A DNA stretch of 63,177 nt, filler included, from Saprolegnia diclina VS20 (Eukaryota), in NCBI RefSeq assembly GCF_000281045.1. It is 5 parts of 5 records of this genome, joined end to end, with 100 filler letters (N's around TTAATTAATTAA, not from the genome) between each part and the next. Parts side by side here need not be neighbours in the genome. Positions count along the whole stretch, not along the records: positions 1 to 16,932 come from NW_008246267.1; 4 more parts are not named here. The stretch is one strand, 5' to 3'. This document shows, piece by piece, positions 1 to 12,799 of this stretch. Under the pieces are notes generated by a model. The model made no database searches. It was not told where the DNA came from and was given only the letters and a program-made list of their open reading frames with translations. Each line of letters opens with the position of its first letter. Positions within the stretch are counted from its first letter, which is position 1. The position numbers and the translations under genes were made by a program.

Positions 1-1140
1 CCCATTGTTGGTGTGCCGCATCTGCTTGAAGCCTGAATAAAAACAATATGTGTCGACGAAATCGAGTTGGCAGGCCAAAGACGGCGCGTCAAGGGCGACG
101 AGCTGCGTATCTGCAAAGCAGCTGATGACACATTGATCGTGACTCCCAGGTGACCTTGCGACCAGAGCAGTACCTATCGGTCCGAGTGCGAGGACAAAGA
201 GCTGTGGCGAGAGCGCGTCACCGTGGAGCACGCGTCATCCGATCTCGAACGACTTTTGACATGCTTGAACGTGTAAATGCAACGACGGAGCTCTCCACCG
301 TGCCGTCCTTATGTTAATCGAGCGAAGCGAGCGGAGGCATTATGGCGGCTGGTGTCCAGCTTGGACATTGTGCCAACAACAACACAATGGCATCTCGTTC
401 GAATGGACTTGCTGTCACGCTACACAAGTGCTAATGCAATCATGTTGAAGTTTGCTGTGGCAGCATCATCATCCGAGTCCTCAACACGATCCGCGACTTG
501 GGTGGGTCATTGTAGCCACACATTTTTCGTATCCACCCACTGGTCCATCGTCAGATTCCATTCCTGTGCCACTGGAATCGACAACATTTTGCATTTATCA
601 GCTACCGTTAGTGCTAAAGTACATGGTTGGCGCAGTCGCCGACAACGCTGACCATTCTCCGGAGAGGTTGTCCGACCAGATCGCAGGAACATCTCGCTTG
701 GACGGGGGATGATGCAATCGACGCGATTTCTTCAGCTGTCCAATGCGCGCTCAATTCGATTTCGCCGTGCTTTAGAGCAAGATGCACTATTTCGATAGTC
801 TTGAATCATGCCTCGAGCGTCGTCGCCGCCAGCGCAATCTACCGCCAAGCGACTGGAAGGCGCCGTGGTCAGTCGGCCAACTTCAACCCCAACTGCTTAC
901 GAAACAGCGCCATCAACAGCCTTTGCCCAATAAGATCGCAGCGGTATCCTTAGCATTAAATACCACAACTCAATTTTATATGCATGTTTGTATCGACTTG
1001 CAAATAAAATGCGATCGCCACGAGCAGGATGGGGTTCAAGCCAAATAATTTAATATTGACTTGTGCTTTGTATGCTTACGTACCAAGCGAATTGAATGCG
1101 TGACGTGTGCGATGCTGAGCATTTTTCGATTGCACGTGTC

Positions 1141-3254
1141 ATGGGCGGCGCCGAATCTGTGCCGAGCCGCGTCTTCTCGCACGAGATCCCCGGGACGGTC
1201 CAGCCCGGCTTTGGCGGCATCCGCGTCAGCGCTGACAGCTTCCCCGTGCCGGACGAGATCGCGAACCTCTGGGCGAACTTCAAGGTGGGCATGGCGCAGT
1301 CGCCCAACTCACCGTACCTCGGCACGCGGTCGCGCGACGCCAATGGCAAGGCCGGCCCATACACGTGGGTCTCCTATCAAGAGTCCCACGACCGCGCCGC
1401 GCGCATCGCGACGGGCTTGCGCAACCACTTGAAGCTTGCCCGCCAAGACATGCTCGGTATCTTCTCCAAGAACCGGGCCGAGTGGGTCTTGACGGAAATG
1501 GCTTGCAACCGCAACAACTTTGTGCTTGTTCCGCTGTACGATACGCTTGGTCCGGACGTCATCCCGTTCATTGTCAACCACACCACAATGCGTGTCATGA
1601 TGTGCTCCGGTGATCTCGTCTCGAACGTGCTTGCGGTCAAGGGGCAGTGCCCGTCTCTCGACTACATTGTCAGCCTGGATGCTTCCGTACGTTGTCGTCG
1701 CACTTGTGACTCCTATGCTTTCTTGCCATTCATTGTGTCTCTGACTGCAGATCAGCAGCCGTCAGCGGGCCGAGGCTGAAGGCCTGGGTGTGCAGCTCCT
1801 CACGTTGAGCGAGCTCGAGTCGGTGCCGGATGCTACAAGTACGTCGCGGTCTAGTACAGTGACCCTCGCTTACCCATGTCTTTAGTTGCGGAAGAACCCG
1901 CCAAGGCGCACGAAATTGCCACGGTGTGCTATACCTCGGGGACAACGGGCGACCCGAAGGGTGCGATTCTGACGCAGCGAAACTTTGCAACGACGGCCAT
2001 GTCCATGCTTCACCGCTTGTCGGCGGACCCGTCGTTCACGCACTTGTCGTACCTTCCTCTGCCTCATGTGTTTGAGCGCGTCGTCTTGGTGAGCCGCATC
2101 TCGCAACACACATCATCGTGCTCATTTTCTGATAGGCAACTGTCACGCGCGCCGGTGCATCTATCGGTTTCTACCAAGGAGATGTCCTCCATCTCATGGA
2201 CGACATGGCGGAGCTCAAGCCAGCGCTCTTCGTGTCGGTGCCGCGCCTCTTCAATCGCGTCTACGACAAGATCATCCAAGGCGTGAACGCCTCTGGTGGC
2301 TTCAAGAAGATGCTCTTTGACTACGCATACGAGTCAAAGCGCCAAGGGCTTGCCGCGGGCTCCAACACGCACGCGCTCTGGGACACGCTTGTGTTTGAGA
2401 AAATTCGCGCTGTCCTCGGTGGTCGCGTGAAGCTCATCGTCTCTGGCTCGGCACCTTTGGCGGCCAACGTCAAAGAGTTCCTCAAGATCGCTTTCTCTTG
2501 CCGCGTCGAAGAAGGTTACGGCCTCACGGAGACGACGGCCGCGCTGACGCTCTCGATTCCCGAGATCCCGACGGGCGCTCACGTGGGCATGCCACTGCCC
2601 AACCTTCAGATTCGCCTCGCCGACGTGCCCGAGATGAACTACACGAGTGCCGACAAGCCGCGCCCTCGCGGTGAGGTTTGGGTCCGCGGCCCGAACCTCT
2701 TTACGGGGTACTACAAGGACCAGGAGAAGACGGCCGAGTGCCTGACGGACGACGGCTGGTTCGCGACGGGCGACATTGGCTGCTGGAACGCCGATGGGAC
2801 GCTGAGCCTTATCGACCGCAAGAAGAACATCTTCAAGCTCGCGCAGGGCGAGTACATTGCGGCTGAGAAGATCGAAAACATCTACGCCAAGTCGCCATTT
2901 GTGGGTCAAATCTTTCTCTACGGCGACTCACTCCAGAGCTGCGTCGTGGCCATTATCGTGCCAGACCCAGAAGCGGTCCAAGCCTGGGCGGCGTCTAAAG
3001 GCATCAGCGACGGCACCAACCTCGACGCGATGGTCAAGCGACCGGACCTCAAGGCTGCTGTGCTTGCGTCGATGGCTGACGTGGCCAAGGAGGGCAAGCT
3101 CAACGGCTTCGAATGCGTCAAAGACGTTATGCTCCACGCCGAAATCTTTAGCGTCGAGAACGGGCTCATTACGCCAACTTTCAAGCTCAAGCGTCCGCAG
3201 CTCAAGGCCCGCTTCGAGGCTGACATCAAGGTGATGTACGCGGCGTTGAAGTAA
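1141..3254 (+). CDS. Long-chain acyl-CoA synthetase (AMP-binding family), 4 exons
   Basis: Motifs YTSGTTGDPKG, SYLPLPHVFER, GYGLTE, GWFATGDIG, IDRKKNIFKLAQGEY. Short GT-AG introns at about 1687-1750, 1839-1885 and 2089-2135. Likely start MGGAES at 1141. Confidence 0.95.
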
Positions 3255-3338
3255 GCGGAAAGAAAACCAAGGCGACATGTAATCGAGACGGAAGAGTATT
3301 GTATGTATCCTGCGAGTCGTTTACGTCTGCGAGTGGCT

Positions 3339-6287
3339 TCAAGGTTCCGAGACGACATGCACGGAAATGTGCGTTGACGGGCGCTCCGGGAAGAGAGGAA
3401 GGGCGTGCTTGAAGCGGTTGATGTCGCGGATCACATGCGAACGGCGCCCTGGGGTCAAGGACTGGTCAAGCACGAGAGACGCAACAGTGGCTGTAAGGTC
3501 GGTCGCAGCAAACAGTGGTGCCGTCGTCGCAGCAGGCAGCTCAACGGCATGATGCTTCCCAAGCATGTGTACGCTAAACTTGACGCGAAGCTCGCCAAGG
3601 ATGTATTCGTCCAAGAAGGCGACGACGTCGGCGACGGTGAGCGTCTTGACTGCCGCCGCCACATCGGCGCGGCGCGAGAAGCTGTAAGTCTCGGCAGAGA
3701 TTTCTTCCCAGAAGCGAGAGCACTCTTCGGACGCGGTCTTGGGCTTTTCAAGAAGCGTGTCGACGACTGCGTTCAAGTTTTTTACAAACTCGGTCGCCGA
3801 AAGGTTTAGAATAGCAGCGTGCATCGACAACAAGAAGGCGTCAATGCTGGCTTCAACGTACGCGGGCGGCGCGACGTCGGACTGTACGATGAGCCGGTAG
3901 TACTCGACACCGTGCGCGCGGTGGGTACTCGAGAACACGATGTAGCCGAGCTGCTCGATCGTGCGCAGCTGGTTGAAGCACGGCTCTTTCGCTAGCTGCG
4001 CAAAGACCTCGTTCAGCGCGCGGAGACGCGTCGACTCGAGCCCGAGCTGGAACATGGTGTGTACGCCCGAGTTGACGCTCTCCGGATTTAGCTCCGGAAC
4101 AGCAAAGACGGCGTCATGGCCGCGGCAAAGTTGCACAGCGCGGATCTTTTGGCGCTGCGCCGATACGAGCGGGCGAGAATGCATTGGCGCAAGGATTGCG
4201 TCGAGCCAAGCGACCGCGGACGTGGCGTCGACGTTGCCGTGGAAGTAGCTTTCGACATACGCTTGGCGGAAGAGTGTCGCCGCGTGATGGCGCAAATCGG
4301 CCATGGTCACGTGGGCGATGGCCGCGGCCTTCTCCGCGACCGTCCACTTCGTTGCCTCGAGCACACACGTGCTGAAGTAGAGCGCGTGCTTGTACGGGTC
4401 TTCGCGCTCAAAGTTATCGTAACTGCGCTTCGTCTTGTCATGGATACGCGTAAACGTCTCGTCGTCAATTTCGAGGCTCGTCATTGTCTGCACGATGGCT
4501 GTCAAGAGCGCCGGGAGTTTGTCGCTGTAGCCGCCGCCGTACAGCTCCAACGCCTTGGAGCTGAACGACATCGAGTAGCGCATGCCCGCAAGCTCGGCGT
4601 CGTACGTGATCTCCGTCAGCTTGTCTTTGACGGCACGCACAAACATGTCGGTGAGAACAGCGGTAGTAGGTGACACGTAAATCATCGGCGACTGCAGCGT
4701 CATGCAAATGTTGAGTTTCGGCTTGAGGAACGTCGTGTCCGTCTTGACCCAGAGACGCCCGAGCGCATCGTCGCGCAAGAGGACCGGCGTCAGCGATGGC
4801 GTCGGCGTCGAGACCAGGTCAAAGTTCTTTGGGATGAACGCGTTCGGGTGCGGAAGCACAAACGCCGCGTTGGGCGTCGGTGCAGACCAGCGACGCACGA
4901 GCGTCGGTTCCAGCGCGTCATTGCTGTAGTGCGTTTCGTACCACGGCTCCACAAGCGACGTCGAGTTGGCAAATGTCTTGCTCACGACCGTAAGGCGCAT
5001 TTGCGCAGGCGTGAGAAGGCGAAGAACGTCATGCACCTTGGTCGGATTGAAGTCGTACAAGAGATAGCTCCCCGCGACAATGTGCTGAACCGGTAGGGTC
5101 TGCATCTTGGTTGCGAGTGAAGTTGCGTAGTGCATCGGCGTCTCCTTGCTCCGGAATCGAAAGTTCATGAGGGCAATGTTCTTGGCCTCGTCAAAGACCC
5201 AGCGCTCGATCGGCGACGACGTCAGCAATGCGAGGTACTGGTAGATTGCAAACACAATGTCGTCAGTGTGCACAATGCCTACGTCTGTTGCCTCGACCTC
5301 GACGCAGAAAAGCGACCAGTCGTCGTGGTCCTTCATGAGTCCCGCCGAGAGCTCGTTGACCCACTTCTGGCCTTTGAGGTACGACAGAAGCGAGCCTGGG
5401 CCTTCGTGACCAAGAAGGTGCGAGAGAATGCTCGTCGGTTTCTCCAAGTACGCATGGCGCATGGGCGGCAACGGCCAAGCGACCTCGATCGTGCGCAGGT
5501 CCTTGACGGGCATCACGCGCAGACGGCGCTGAAGCTGAGGCGTCTCGAATGGTACGCCGTCGTACTTGAACGTCTTGGAGCCCGTGTCCGCGATAGGGCT
5601 AAAGAGCGCGCGCACCCAGCCTTCGAGAGTGTCGAGGTCTTCCTTTGCGACAACTGCGAGCTTCATGATGCGTGCCGAGTAGAACGTTGCGTGGAACGCC
5701 ATAAGCTCAGCGCGGACATCTTCCTTCGCGCGCGTACCAAGCGTCACAAGGTTGCCGGTCCCAAACTTGTGGTACGGGTGCTTTGAGTTGCTCGTGTGCT
5801 TGACGACCTGATCAAGACGCCAAGCATCGTTTTGGAGGTTCTTGTTGTTCTCCGAGTTGACCGCGTTCATCTCGCGCTCTGTGGCGCCAGGCGTGAAGAG
5901 TGGGGAGATGAAGAACTGCGCAAAGCGGTCGAGAGCTTCGTGGAAGTACGTAGGCCGCACGTCAAAGTAGTAGTTGGTGTCTGTGCCACTCGTGTACGCA
6001 TTCGAGCTGCCACCGTGCGAGCTCAGAAACTGGGAGTACGAGTTCTCGTCCGGGTACTTCTCCGTGCCCATAAAGAGCATGTGCTCGAGAAAATGCGCGA
6101 GGCCCAAGAGGTCGTCCGGGTCGCTCTGATGGCCGACGCGTACATCCATGGCCGCAGCCGACTTTTCGGCATCCTTGTCCGAGACTAGCAGCGCGCAGAG
6201 ACCGTTTGGAAGCTCGATGTGGCGGTAGTCGCGCTCGTCGGCGGCCGACACGTCGATACCTCCCTTGCTCTTGACGCTCTTTTCCAT
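3339..6287 (-). CDS. IDE: Insulin-degrading enzyme / insulysin (peptidase M16A), single exon
   Basis: 1000-aa ORF with inverted zincin HFLEH (GLAHFLEHMLFMGTEKYP), LGHEGPGSL and FNQLRTIEQLGYIV. Start taken at MEKSVK; an upstream ATG at 6341 is possible. Confidence 0.95.
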   Translation of the reverse strand: MEKSVKSKGGIDVSAADERDYRHIELPNGLCALLVSDKDAEKSAAAMDVRVGHQSDPDDLLGLAHFLEHMLFMGTEKYPDENSYSQFLSSHGGSSNAYTSGTDTNYYFDVRPTYFHEALDRFAQFFISPLFTPGATEREMNAVNSENNKNLQNDAWRLDQVVKHTSNSKHPYHKFGTGNLVTLGTRAKEDVRAELMAFHATFYSARIMKLAVVAKEDLDTLEGWVRALFSPIADTGSKTFKYDGVPFETPQLQRRLRVMPVKDLRTIEVAWPLPPMRHAYLEKPTSILSHLLGHEGPGSLLSYLKGQKWVNELSAGLMKDHDDWSLFCVEVEATDVGIVHTDDIVFAIYQYLALLTSSPIERWVFDEAKNIALMNFRFRSKETPMHYATSLATKMQTLPVQHIVAGSYLLYDFNPTKVHDVLRLLTPAQMRLTVVSKTFANSTSLVEPWYETHYSNDALEPTLVRRWSAPTPNAAFVLPHPNAFIPKNFDLVSTPTPSLTPVLLRDDALGRLWVKTDTTFLKPKLNICMTLQSPMIYVSPTTAVLTDMFVRAVKDKLTEITYDAELAGMRYSMSFSSKALELYGGGYSDKLPALLTAIVQTMTSLEIDDETFTRIHDKTKRSYDNFEREDPYKHALYFSTCVLEATKWTVAEKAAAIAHVTMADLRHHAATLFRQAYVESYFHGNVDATSAVAWLDAILAPMHSRPLVSAQRQKIRAVQLCRGHDAVFAVPELNPESVNSGVHTMFQLGLESTRLRALNEVFAQLAKEPCFNQLRTIEQLGYIVFSSTHRAHGVEYYRLIVQSDVAPPAYVEASIDAFLLSMHAAILNLSATEFVKNLNAVVDTLLEKPKTASEECSRFWEEISAETYSFSRRADVAAAVKTLTVADVVAFLDEYILGELRVKFSVHMLGKHHAVELPAATTAPLFAATDLTATVASLVLDQSLTPGRRSHVIRDINRFKHALPLFPERPSTHISVHVVSEP

Positions 6288-9200
6288 CTTGCCTTCGTCA
6301 CCGCAATCTGCGCGATGCCACAAACTGCACGCATCCGGCATATGCCGAATTCAAACAGTATTATATTCGGCACATCTCGCAACAAATGGATGCCGATTGT
6401 TCGGGAAATTCCTCAATCAAGACCGAGCTACTCGGGGCCAACAACCGTGTTGGTGTCCGCCATGCCAGAGGTGGGCGAGGCGGTCCCCCAGAGATGACGC
6501 CATGCGGTTGGGGCCAATCGAGTTGTGAGGTCGGTGAGAGGTTGTTCGTTGATGCTGGTGTGTTTCGTGAGTGCGTCTGGTGACTTCTTGCCGGGAGGGC
6601 GAGGTCTGGCATGCTGCCACGACATAAGGCCGCAGCACCGCCGTTGCGGAGCTCGTGCGTCGAGTAGTTGCTTGGGTCTTTTTGGCACGCCGCAGCTACA
6701 TTCCTGATCTCGCGCGATGCTGTTGGTACTGTGCGAGATGTTGTTGTGGTGTGGTTGATGGCTTGATGTCTTCTTGGTGCTTGAGCGTTTGTTTGATCCT
6801 TGACGTCAAGAGACTTTGCGTCGTCGATTTCGAATGCATATGACTCAGGAGCTTGGCATGATGAGGGTCGAGGCATGCTCGCACCTCAGCGAATGAGATT
6901 GGCCGCTTCTGCCGGTGACAACGCGTGCACATCCAGCAACGAGATCCGATGGCAAAGCTCGGGATGGAGAATATTGACCTCGAGATGCGGTTGGAGATCG
7001 GGAAGGAGCCATCTCGGTCGAGCGCAAAGAAAAGGTGACAACCGAGCAAAAGATCGAGCTTCTTCTCTAGTCGAGCGCTACGCGGCGACCTTCGGCGAGC
7101 AGTGTAAGGCGCAGTGCAGTGACTATTTCGGCAAGCGCAAGGAGACGATCGCGTTCCATCCGCAGCGCGTGCGCGTCCTTCTTTTCCGACGCAGGGCTTC
7201 AAGATGTGGACGCGGGATCTGGACAAGCTCCGTCAAATAACGGCGCTGCTTGGTTGTTGTGATGGACCGCTGAGTGAGCTCACTTGCGAAGGTGCGCAGG
7301 GCCGCGCCGAGCTCCAGGAAGGTTGTCCATTCGCGCCAGACGTGTATGTATGCTGACCGCTGCTCGTATCTTGACCAAGATAACAGCCAAGGCTGCTGCG
7401 CGTTTTGTCGAGTGCTCGGTACTTTCAGCGCAGGCGTGCTGTATTCGGTGTGTCTGCCCACGAAGCCGTGTGGGTCTTTCATGTTGACGTATGTCGTGGC
7501 GACGGCTGTGTCTAGGAGCGAGTTGCTACGTCCCGGACTGTGACGTGTCGAGACCCGGAGCCAGTGCACTGCTTGCGCCGCCGAAGTGACGCGATGTTGA
7601 TACCATACACCACTGGACAATGCCGCAGAGAACGTCAAGTTGCCACGCGAGTGCAGTGGTGTTGATGGCCAGCACCTCGATGTTGACGGTTGAGGTGCTG
7701 AAGGGTCCCGCAATTCTTTTCTCCACTCTCACGCCGTGAGATCAACACCCAAGCGTTCGCGGGTGTTCATGGATGTGTCGACATCAGCTTGCATCGCCGT
7801 TGCCTTGCTAGCTTCCTCTTCCACGTCAGCAAGTCGAATAAACCGTGCCAATGGTCAATGATGGCGATGCCGACAGCGGCGGCGTCCATCTTTAGCGTGT
7901 AGATGACCGGGAGGAGTTGCCAACGACGTACGTGGGACGTGCTCGAAGTGCGCCACCGAAAAAGTCGCGTCCAGTACGTCGAGGTCAGCTCGGGCGGAGA
8001 ACTGGAGCCTGCACGAGGCCAAAATAAGCGAGCGCCCAGTAGAAAGCTGTGTTGGTCTTGGTGAGCGGCCGTGCGCGGGCAAAGTTCCGTGCTCCACAAA
8101 ACGCGGTGCGGATCGGCTGTGAGCGTGAACACGCATGGGCGCGCGCCAATTTTTCCGGTGAGCAAAGAGACGACACCAAACTCGAGGTTCCGAATGAGGT
8201 CGCTGGCCCAGAAAACGTGACGGATCATGGATGGTCGCCATCTCGTTGACGACGTTTTGGTTCCAGTGTTACGAGCATATGTTGCTTGACGCGAGCTCGA
8301 TGAGAATACATTCGTCGATGCACACTTGTAGTTGAAGCACCCAAAGGGGGAGCGTGAGCCGAGTTGTGCTGGAAATGATGTTGCTCAGAGATACGCCTTA
8401 GACGAGCCGCGTGATCGCGTTGCCGACTACGCGGAATCCGTCGGTGAAGCCGCACTAGCCGGTGGGAGCCGAGAGACTGATGCCGATACGTGTAGCGCCA
8501 ACCCAAAAATGGTTGCTGTCAGCTGCACAACCCCGCAGGTGTCGAGAAAAACTGCAGCAGTGTCGCCCGATGTGCCCATCACGTCCGCGCTCGTTGGAGC
8601 TGCCGCATGTAACCAGGTTGTGTACCTCTGCCCGTGACCAAGTGATGCCCGCTGCTAAGTCGGCCAAGCTTAGCCACGAGAGCAGTGGTAAGACGTCCTT
8701 GCGGAAGTGTGAATGTTTGAACGACTCGCCGCTCGAAAAAGACAAGACGTGGATGAGAGACGTCCGCCGACCGAGAGAAGTTGGAGGCACATCTTTTCGA
8801 GGCCGAGTGGGCAGCAGCTACCGCATCGATCCTTCTCTGAAAAATCGTCCGTGCAGATTGGCGTGGTGCCGGCAGGTAGAACCAGGGGACCGCGGCACGC
8901 CGCGGGTGAACCATGACGAGCGAGCTGAGCTCGTAGGGGAGCGTCGTTTGCTGGGGCGGTGCTCTACCAGCGACACTCGCGCACCAGTACGACCACAAAG
9001 ATTGGGGTGCAACCGCGCTTCCGCTGCCGCTGCCGCTGCCAGCTGCCAGCTGCCAAACTGAGACTCGCAGCTCGACACTGCCTTCGCCAGCGAAGAACGC
9101 TTGAGGCGTTCACCAAAACGCTGAGCGCGCCGGTCTTGCTTTAACTCCAGAGGTAGACGCGCCTCGTGGTTGGTTTAGTCGAGTCTCGACTAAATCAACC

Positions 9201-9493
9201 ACGAAATGTCAACCATCGTGTACACCTAAACTCGGGCGGCACACTATCCTCGACCCGGATATCACCGTTGTCAAGATGCAGATGGCACCTAGTCGACAGT
9301 CCTTTATCCAGTCGGTTGATTCCTGCTTCAGTCCTGCTTCACACGCAGGAGGTGCGGTGTTGTCCCTTCCCATTGACGTTGGCATCAGAACCATCCAGTC
9401 GGATCTTGACAATCATGCTTGACAGCATGTCATCGTACCACTCTCCACTCGTGTGAAGATGCACGCAAACCAAGAAGCGTTTGCCTCAATCAC

Positions 9494-9695
9494 GTCCGAA
9501 GACGCCTTGACAGTCCGAGTGGCGAATAACTCGGCTGCGCCAGAAGACGTAAACACGAGTCACCGCGTGCCCCGATTGCGTCCGAATACGCCCAGTCCGA
9601 GTGGCGAATAACTCGGTCGCGCCCGAAGACGTAAATTCAAGTCACCGCGTGCCCCGGTCGTGTTCGAAGATGCCTTGACAGTCCGAATGGCGAGT
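9494..9695. repeat. Degenerate tandem repeat, about 84-bp unit, about 2.3 copies
   Basis: CAGTCCGA(G/A)TGGCGA recurs at 9511, 9593 and 9679. GAAGACGTAAA...AGTCACCGCGTGCCCCG occurs twice. Confidence 0.85.
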
Positions 9696-12600
9696 AGCTT
9701 GGCCTCGCCAATAAGTGCCCACAGGGCCAGTTTCGGTTGGTTGATTACGCCGAGACGACAGAGTCGCTGGTGCCGGCGCTGTTGTCGAACCGAGAGGATA
9801 TAGATGCTTGATTTGTCTAAGGTGGGACGCACGAGTACCCACCTTGGCAGCTTCACAGCTCCAAGTCCGCCCTCAAAGCCGCCCAGCGCGCCGCCGGGCG
9901 GTGTTGGTGAGAGCCATCGCGACCGTGTGAATGCGCAGCCACCCGTCAACACCGGTGCACCGTTTGTACATTACTGAGCTCTGGCACCCGAGCTTCGACA
10001 ATTTGCGCGGGCTTGTATAGGGACTCGCCGTCATCAAAAGAGGCGCAGTTCGAGCGTCTGGCGGAATTGATGAGTGTGCTTGGTCGGCGTGGCTTTGACT
10101 GCCGCCTTGACTGCGACCTTCGATCCTTGACTGCGACCTTCGATGGCCTGTCGTATTGCCATCGCCAGGTGGCTTGCCGTGCTGGCCGTGACTTGGGTCG
10201 CGAGTCTGCGCCCAGAAAGCTTGTAACGGCTGCGACGGCGCCAGCGACGTCGAAGGCTGCCGTCGCGAGGGGTAAAAAGAAAACAAAAACAGTGAACGTC
10301 ATGTGAGCTGCGGTACTGATGACGTCGCATTGTTGGGAAAACTTGTCGGCGTAGTCGAGCAGGTCAATGCCCAAGGCAAGTGCACCCTCGTCGTGCTACA
10401 CAGAGGTCCCGGAGCCGAACGTGTAGATGTAGACATAGATGTAGACAGACACAGAGCGAAGTGAAGTTGGCGCGCCAGTTGAGCAAAAACAAAGGTGCCG
10501 AGCATTGGGTGCCGAGACGGGTAGGGAAAACGGACCGTATCGCACTCACCCACGAGCGCCAGGGACGCAAATGACAGGGGCGCTAGATACTGCGTGTTGG
10601 TAAATCGCCAGTGCTCTTGGTATGAGTAGGTAGAATCCTGAGCGCGCTCTTGGGCTGCTGCTCATGTATGCTGGTATAGCGACCGAGTGACCGCAGTGCG
10701 GTTGCGTGTGCGATGCTCGCTGTCGAAGTGTAGATGCGATGGGTGTCCGCGTCTTGGCTAAAGGTAATCGAAGCTACGGTGGCGTCGCACGCCCGATGGC
10801 CACCATCGCGTGCGCCAGCTGATCCTGTCGCTCGTCGGGGCCGGGCAAGCGTGCGGACAATGTCGGACTCGTCAATGATGACGCCAGCCACCGAGCGCCT
10901 TCTTCGAGGCGCACCAAGCTGGAAACCACCATAGAGAGACTAAGCTTGGGGCCTTGGTTGCCGCGCAGATGCGGCATATGTCGCCGTGAGAAAGCAAGGT
11001 ACATCCATATCTTGAGCTTCTGGAGCGCTCAGCCTTGCGCACAAAACCTCTTCAACTTCTTGGGAACGGCACGACAGCGATTCTCTGGCCGTGGGCCCAT
11101 CTCTTGGGGATCTATGGTCGGATCAAAAATGGGACCTGGCGGCGATATTCCAATCTCTTCTTGCGGCTATTGATATTTGTAGTGAATTGGGCTCAGCTCC
11201 TATTCCCATAAAGCTGTCCTATAAGTCCCTTGGATAGGGTGTTACAGTTGCGTCGTATGCAGTGGCTTTGACCGGTAACGTTATGCCGGGGATAAGGCGA
11301 TTCATTTTGGCTTGGTGCATTTCATATGGGAGCTTACGCGCGCGATTCATCGAATTTCAGAGACTTTGGCGTATGCCTCTCGAAAACGGATATATGGCTC
11401 GTGATGCATTTTCGAGGGTCTTACCACATGCGACACAAGGCCCGGGGCGCCCAGCAAGCACCACATCAGCCTTGCCGCCACGCTACGGCAGCTAATTCTG
11501 GTCACCGACAACGATACAAGAGTCAACACTGCAAGACATAAGTAGGCAATGCTATAGTACGCGTGGTGCAGCTATTGGAAGACGGTAAGCAGTGGGCTGC
11601 TTGCTTGGACGGCGACCTCGGCCGCGTCGGACGTGGAGCTCAGTCGTCCCATCTGTTGAAGCTCAATCGCGGAGCTCAGTCGTGGCGATGATATCTGCGT
11701 GAATTTTAGCCAAGCCTTCTTACGTGCTTTAAGGCGGCTACTGGTCAAAATACACCGTAAACCATGACTTTTTCATCAAAAGCTTCGCCTGATTGGTTGA
11801 AAGGCAGGCCGAGCAACTCTAGCCGCGTCACTGCACTTGGAAGCCAGGCTCCACCTCTGTCAACGTGCTGAAGACCATTCAATCTCTTTCTCTTCTTTCT
11901 TTGTATATCGTGTACGTTAACTTTAAGATCCCCATTTTACGTACATCGAGCCTTCATTTTTCATATCGTCCTGAGGGATGACCGTTGAGATGGAACTGGA
12001 CAGAAACACGTGTCAGGGTTCCCGAATAGTTCCATCAATCATGATCCTACTTTGCATTGTAGTGCACATGCCGACGTCCTGGAAGAACAGCCTCACCACT
12101 CCATATGTATTTGCGTTCGTGGGCGGTCATCCACCCACGATAACGTGCACCCGCGGCGACGAGTAGGAGTGTAGGGGGAGGGTAGCCTTCGGACGTTATG
12201 AATCGACTACCCTGTCCTTCGGGAAAAATAAATCTACTACTCTGTTCAAGAGAAAGCGATAAAATCGGATATATCGTAATAGTGAAAAAATTATCGGCGT
12301 TCAAAGTTTTGGTTCAATACCACTACAAGATATGGCACGGGAGCTATATTGCTACGAAAGAGGACCATCGATCCATTTTTTTCATGCCTTTTTTTAATTT
12401 TTTACCATCTATCTATTTATTATTGGGCTAATGCTTTTTTTTCACGATGCGACATACCTGGATGAGGTCTGATAATTATTCTAATAAAAAGGCGATTTGG
12501 GAGGCCACAGATGGTGTGCACAGTATCGTGAGAAAAAGTGTGGTTCATCTCTGTGGTCGAGTTAGGGCATAGGGCATGTTGACCGATCTTTATACAAGGC

Positions 12601-12799
12601 ATCCGTAGTGATTATGATTCTGTAGAAGGTTTTAAGGTGCTATCAATCTTTTGGAATCAGCCTGACTAGATTGCATCCCATCTGTTCTGCAACGCTATTC
12701 AGATTTAGTTTTGTATCGGGTCTATCGGGTCGGCGTGCAACCTTGCGGGTTGCCTGTGTCTTGGACAACGTGATTGCCTTTGACACGTCGGTGTACAAT

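Noticed and set aside
8455..9000. Faint resemblance of minus-strand peptides to an ZNFX1-like helicase N-terminus
   Set aside because: No helicase motifs found; similarity too weak to call.
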